Source: Dimorphilus gyrociliatus
Taxonomy: Eukaryota; Animalia; Annelida
Assembly: GCA_904063045.1 (NCBI GenBank)
Contig: CAJFCJ010000006.1
Location: 4,356,408 to 4,420,407, forward strand
Direction of reading: 5' to 3'
DNA: 64,000 nucleotides
This document shows positions 62,525 to 64,000 of this stretch, piece by piece; positions within the stretch are counted from its first letter, which is position 1; each line of letters opens with the position of its first letter. The notes below the pieces were generated by a model. The model was not told the origin of the DNA and searched no databases. It saw only the letters and a list, made by a program, of their open reading frames with translations. The position numbers and the translations under genes are program-made.

Positions 62525-62866
62525 CTATCCTTGACTTTTGAAAGAAGGGAAAACTAACCACTGCAAAGATTCTCCGTGATTATTCTTCATATGCCTCTTA
62601 AGGTGAGACCTGGTTATACATTGATGGCCACAGGTGGCGCAACTGTACCTCCTATCCGGCCTGTGCGTCCACATGTGCGTCTTCAAATTGCCTTTCTGTG
62701 AAAACGTCTTTCCACAAATCTCGCAGGAAAACGGCCTTGCACCAGTATGCGTAATGTAATGCCGATTCAAAGCCGATCGTAGGCCTATCATCTTGCCGCA
62801 TATCGGGCAATTCGGACTGTTGTAGTCGTCCGGAAGTGGTGGTACGGTCGACTTGTGACGGCCGCC
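62525..62866 (-). CDS. ZF cassette D1 (3 C2H2 fingers)
   Basis: Acceptor TTTTTGCAG|GGC, phase 0; TVPPLPDDYNSPNCPICGK..HYITH-TGARPF-SCEIC..HMWTH..CATC..HMKNNH. The 3' end may be spliced differently. Confidence 0.88.
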   Translation of the reverse strand, partial: GGRHKSTVPPLPDDYNSPNCPICGKMIGLRSALNRHYITHTGARPFSCEICGKTFSQKGNLKTHMWTHRPDRRYSCATCGHQCITRSHLKRHMKNNHGESLQWLVFPSFKSQG

Positions 62867-63448
62867 CTGCAAAAACACACCAAGCAATATGGCCGTGTTA
62901 TTCAATAGTAATTGCTTTTGTTTATAGAAAATACTGTTCTCTCTTTTATTCGTACTGTTTTTTTCTTCGTTGTTTTTAAGTATATATATATTTTTTTAAC
63001 TGTGTGCCGTGTGAACATAATTAATGATTATTCGTTCCGTCGTTAGTGTATTTTCATGCGGTTTTGTTAGATAAATATATATTATTATATATGTTAATAG
63101 ATATATATATAGATATATATATATATTTATATATATATATTGAGACTATACAGCCATATTTTCTTGGCGGTTGCATGCAGGGTGGTTTAGTGAAAGGGAA
63201 TCGTACCGATTCAGACGAAGAACTGAAAATTACGGATTAAAGTTCTAACAGGATTGAATATTGGTCAAAATTTATTCCATTGTGTGTTCTCTTTGACCAA
63301 TATTATTTAGCCGCATTAGATCGAAAATCCGTTTATTTGGACGTTTATATTTCGCGAACACTTTCATTTATTATAATAAACATAAGATTTTTAGATAGAT
63401 TATAAAAAAAATACCCCAATTGGTAAAAAAGGTTTAGAAAGTTACAGA

Positions 63449-63498
63449 TGCGCATGCGTATGAACTATTAAAAAACAAACGTTCTTTTTGCGCATGCG
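63449..63498. promoter_or_regulatory. Two NRF-1-type palindromes 40 bp apart; probable promoter upstream of the D cassettes
   Basis: TGCGCATGCGTA at 63449 and 63489. Confidence 0.55.
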
Positions 63499-63589
63499 TA
63501 CTGGTATTAACGGATTTTCATTTAATAATTCGTTTATCGCGAAATATACAGGCTAAAGGACTTGAAACAGTTTCATTTCCCCGTCTTCA

Positions 63590-64000
63590 TCAGCTCGCTA
63601 CAACATGCCACAAATTCGTGTGTGCCTTAAGTTTTTCTTTTTTTTTAAAAAAAAATTCGGAGGTCAATTTATCGGAAATTTTTAACTTAATACTTTCTTT
63701 GTTTGTCTTGGATGTTTTGTTTTTCAGTGACAAAAAAAAGTGATACTCTTGAGCCCAATAACCAGGATATTTATATGTATATATATAAATAGATACCTTT
63801 TTCGGTAAGAAAACCTTTGAAAACCTTCGTAATTCATTAAGAAGAGGTCTGGTTTGATGTAATCCTGCGAAGGTCAACGAACGCAAAATTATATTTCGTT
63901 CTTAAAAAACATCAAAGGTCCTTAAATCGTTCAAATATAACACGTGACCCTTTTTCTGTGACCTTCACCAGTTTCGTTGTGATCGCATATTCCCAAAATA
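63590..64000 (-). CDS. Possible 3' end of an unidentified gene entering from the right edge
   Basis: Phase-consistent pieces RNIILRSLTFAGLHQTRPLLNELRRFSKVFLPKK|AHTNLWHVVAS*; no family recognised and a plus-strand reading is also open. Confidence 0.25.

Noticed and set aside
1-64000. Prokaryotic systems (CRISPR arrays, operons, defence islands), rRNA and tRNA genes
   Set aside because: The sequence is intron-containing animal DNA; I saw no repeat-spacer array, rRNA-like block or tRNA cloverleaf.
63590-64000. Right-edge frames as the N-domain-bearing common exons of the D cassettes
   Set aside because: The translated pieces lack the VE(A/G)LxGxTL motif and end in their own stop; a common region further right cannot be excluded from this window.

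Overview
Eukaryotic (animal) genomic DNA, not prokaryotic: AT-rich, very gene-dense, GT-AG introns mostly ~45-70 bp, and several normally intron-rich genes nearly or fully intronless. This resembles a miniaturised lophotrochozoan genome such as the annelid Dimorphilus (inference only). Positions 1-41 kb and 46-50 kb hold mostly housekeeping genes: NFU1, a double-ACD small HSP, TMEM205, PTCD2, NUDT19, a delta-9 desaturase, a KLHL, a PLAT-repeat protein, CHAC, TMEM185, WDR75 fused in-frame to a ubiquilin-type UBL, an uncharacterised 4-repeat PPxY/CaaX protein, RRP9, CDC123, a tail-less DOK, a DUF4807-like gene, STAM, DLAT, an NHL propeller, FAM50A, MLH1 and ENY2, plus one internally deleted Tc1-like transposon. 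The most unusual part is 42-63 kb. Three genes (A, B, C) share an unnamed ~55-aa N-terminal domain and end in C2H2 zinc-finger (ZF) modules. There are seven ZF terminal modules on both strands, all entered through phase-0 acceptors. Gene B has two mutually exclusive ones, and three minus-strand cassettes (two absent from the ORF track) have no N-domain exons in cis inside the window, only Met-Ala or 12-codon leaders. This resembles lola/mod(mdg4)-type combinatorial, possibly trans-spliced, transcription-factor loci but with a non-BTB effector domain; trans-splicing is a hypothesis, not shown. Exon boundaries were read by eye and may be off by a few bases; no database searches were run.
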